Of a stretch of DNA of 24,000 nucleotides, positions 22,068 through 24,000 are shown in pieces. The stretch is from assembly GCA_038748225.1 (NCBI GenBank), contig JBCDJC010000040.1:1-24000 (forward strand). Reading direction: 5' to 3'. Source of the DNA: Cyanobacteria bacterium P01_H01_bin.26. Its GTDB lineage: Bacteria > Cyanobacteriota > Cyanobacteriia > Phormidesmidales > Phormidesmidaceae. The first letter of the stretch is position 1, and each line of letters begins with the position of its first letter. Below the pieces are notes generated by a model. That model did not search any database and was not told where the DNA came from. It saw only the letters and a list, made by a program, of their open reading frames with translations. The translations under genes were made by a program, and so were the position numbers.

Positions 22068-23966
22068 TTACGTGAGTCGCTTGACCCAGAGGGGAGCCAG
22101 ATCGCGGTGACCGGCAAAGGCCTTGACATAGACGGCTTTTACAGAGCGCTCACCAAAGTTAGCCGTCCCCTTTGTAAAGACCTGCTGAGCCCCATCGAGA
22201 TAGGTCGGGATAATCAGCCCACGGGCATAGGCCAACACTTTTTTACACTCCGCTTCAGACTGCCCATTGACCACCACGCGACTGTTATCGGCCAGGCGCA
22301 ACGTGCCTCTAACAGAGCCCTTCGTATAGGCCGGAAACCGAAACCTATACCCCGGCTGAACCATTGACCGGGGATGGGGGATGTGCATCGCCCACCGGCT
22401 AGAGCCCCCCTCGGTTGGAGCCCACAACACAATCAGCTGAGCATGGGTCTGGACCTTGGTTTCCCACACCATCGGGGTGGCGGCTGTGGTCTCTGGCGGA
22501 CACTTCACCTGAGCCCATAGCTGGTTGGTCGCCTCTGATAGGGTTTCCAAGGCTCGATAGAGTCCGGCTAACCCGGAGCCAGTCCAAGGCAACAAAGACG
22601 GGGTGGTATCCCCACAGGCGGTCAGATTGAGGGTAGCCACACCTGAACTTTGAAAGTGAGCCTGAATTGCCTCTACCTCGGTGAGTAGGTGTTCAAGGGT
22701 GAGGGCGTTTAGCTCACAGCAGGGCCGTTCAGGGTTGGGGTTGAGCGTTGGCCCAGTGATGGGTTGGAGTCGTGGCTGAGGCAGATTATCGGGGACCGGT
22801 GGGTCCTCATACTTGGGCGGTCCTCCCCTGGGCAGTGTCGGATAGTCACCTGAATCAGGTGTGAGGTCATCTGGCCCCGTTAGGGTAGGCGGCTGACCCA
22901 TGGGGTCTCTGAGGCGACGGGGCGAGTAGTTCGTCGGATTGACTCGCGGTGCTGCTGTCGTCCCGGATGGCCCCCGACTCGGCTCAGGGGTATCAAAATT
23001 GGGATACTGTCTGGGGGGCTGAAAGGGCTCTGTGTTTCTGTCTGAAAAGGTGACACGTGTAAAGCCGACGTGGGGGCTAAACACGGGCGATAGTTGCCCA
23101 TCGCTGGCGCGCAGATGAAAGCCACGGGTGATGGGGAGTTCCGGGCAGTTATTGTTGGGGGTGGTGTCTGCATTTTCAATCGCATAGGGGGGTGGCCCGG
23201 CCTGTTCCCAGGTGTAGGGTCGGTTGGTTCGGTGCACCGGCTGACAGATATTGGTAATGGCCGACCAATCTACCGTAAAGGCTAAGGTCACCCCAGATTG
23301 ATAGCCCTGGGGGTTGCGCTCTCCCTGGAGTAAATTGCCCAGCTGCCGACCGAGCCAGCCACCCACAAGGGACCCACCCAGGGCACCAACGGGTCCCAGG
23401 CTGGCCCCCAGCGCTCCCCCCAGCATCGAGCCCGCCACATCCCCGATTTCATCCAACGGGTTATTGGTGGGATCCAAAATAGCATTCGCGACGTTGTAGG
23501 CATCGATGGCGCTGCCCAATGCACCGGCCACCTGAGCGCCGCGTCTGAGGGCCTGCTGGGCCGTGATTCGGGGTGCAACCGCCTTGGCTTCTGCCGCTCG
23601 TCGGCTGGCTTGATTCGCCAGCTCATCCGCAAAGCGGTCTAAATCTGCCTCCGAGAGATTATCCAACCCTCGTTCAAATGTCTTGATATCGAAGGCATCG
23701 TCGGTCGTTTCATAGCCACGCAAGGCCGCCGCATTCTGACGCACGTTGGCATAGTCAAACGACTGCGCACTGTCTATCAGGGATTGAGTACTCGCATGGC
23801 TCGGTCGGCTATCGAGATACGGGTTCGACACGGGCGGAGGGGCCGTGGTCGCTGACCTCGGGACCATCGTGCCATCCACCAGGTCATACACAATCGTCCC
23901 ATCCAGGAACGGATTGTACTCCAGCGGTTTTAGGTCTAGAACCGGGAGGGTATTGTCAACCGGCAT
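22068..23966 (-). CDS. Large hypothetical protein with a glycine-zipper segment and a proline-rich linker
   Basis: 632-aa uninterrupted ORF with AGGAGG 6 nt upstream of the ATG. Contains GDVAGSMLGGALGASLGPVGALGGSLVGGWLG and a ~120-aa Pro-rich stretch. No family recognised. Confidence 0.75.
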   Translation of the reverse strand: MPVDNTLPVLDLKPLEYNPFLDGTIVYDLVDGTMVPRSATTAPPPVSNPYLDSRPSHASTQSLIDSAQSFDYANVRQNAAALRGYETTDDAFDIKTFERGLDNLSEADLDRFADELANQASRRAAEAKAVAPRITAQQALRRGAQVAGALGSAIDAYNVANAILDPTNNPLDEIGDVAGSMLGGALGASLGPVGALGGSLVGGWLGRQLGNLLQGERNPQGYQSGVTLAFTVDWSAITNICQPVHRTNRPYTWEQAGPPPYAIENADTTPNNNCPELPITRGFHLRASDGQLSPVFSPHVGFTRVTFSDRNTEPFQPPRQYPNFDTPEPSRGPSGTTAAPRVNPTNYSPRRLRDPMGQPPTLTGPDDLTPDSGDYPTLPRGGPPKYEDPPVPDNLPQPRLQPITGPTLNPNPERPCCELNALTLEHLLTEVEAIQAHFQSSGVATLNLTACGDTTPSLLPWTGSGLAGLYRALETLSEATNQLWAQVKCPPETTAATPMVWETKVQTHAQLIVLWAPTEGGSSRWAMHIPHPRSMVQPGYRFRFPAYTKGSVRGTLRLADNSRVVVNGQSEAECKKVLAYARGLIIPTYLDGAQQVFTKGTANFGERSVKAVYVKAFAGHRDLAPLWVKRLT

Positions 23967-24000
23967 TGCACCCTCCTTAGGCCGTAAAGCCCGGTGGCAG

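Overview
This is a 24-kb accessory, plasmid-like region with cyanobacterial hallmarks: at least seven exact HIP1 octamers (GCGATCGC), a ParA/RHH partition pair, and three toxin-antitoxin modules. The centrepiece (2463-12146, + strand) is a tightly packed operon. It encodes an XRE-HTH regulator, a small Trypco2-like protein, a trypsin-like protease with a VMAP-type C-terminal region, a MoxR-type AAA+ ATPase, and a 1065-aa vWA-type protein. That last protein carries three tandem LuxR-type HTH modules and a C-terminal FGE-sulfatase (C-type-lectin fold) domain. A diversity-generating retroelement (DGR) follows directly: avd, a reverse transcriptase with an apparent 1-nt frameshift near 9926, a 119-bp template-like repeat, and a second free-standing FGE-sulfatase target gene. 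The 119-bp repeat occurs three times (VR1 9220-9338, TR-like 10914-11032, VR2 12018-12136). Apart from one third-position C/T difference, the copies differ only at the first two positions of 13 codons, which is the classic AAY-codon DGR signature. The RT-proximal copy is anomalous: its first four hot codons are pristine AAC/AAT, but the remaining nine carry VR-like substitutions that adenine-only mutagenesis from this copy cannot explain. Together with the RT frameshift, this suggests a corrupted or frozen DGR, or a true template located elsewhere. The rest of the window holds a DUF5615/DUF433 pair, a UPF0175/DUF3368-PIN pair, HigB with two tandem HigA-like genes, and parA plus an RHH gene flanked by palindromic iterons. 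It also holds a PadR regulator paired with a membrane protein built from in-frame tandem DNA repeats, a small tyrosine recombinase split by a 116-bp MITE-like insertion, a truncated thermonuclease fragment, a partial tRNA-Ser-like sequence, and a 632-aa orphan glycine-zipper/proline-rich protein. All family assignments come from reading the translations by eye. No database search was run.
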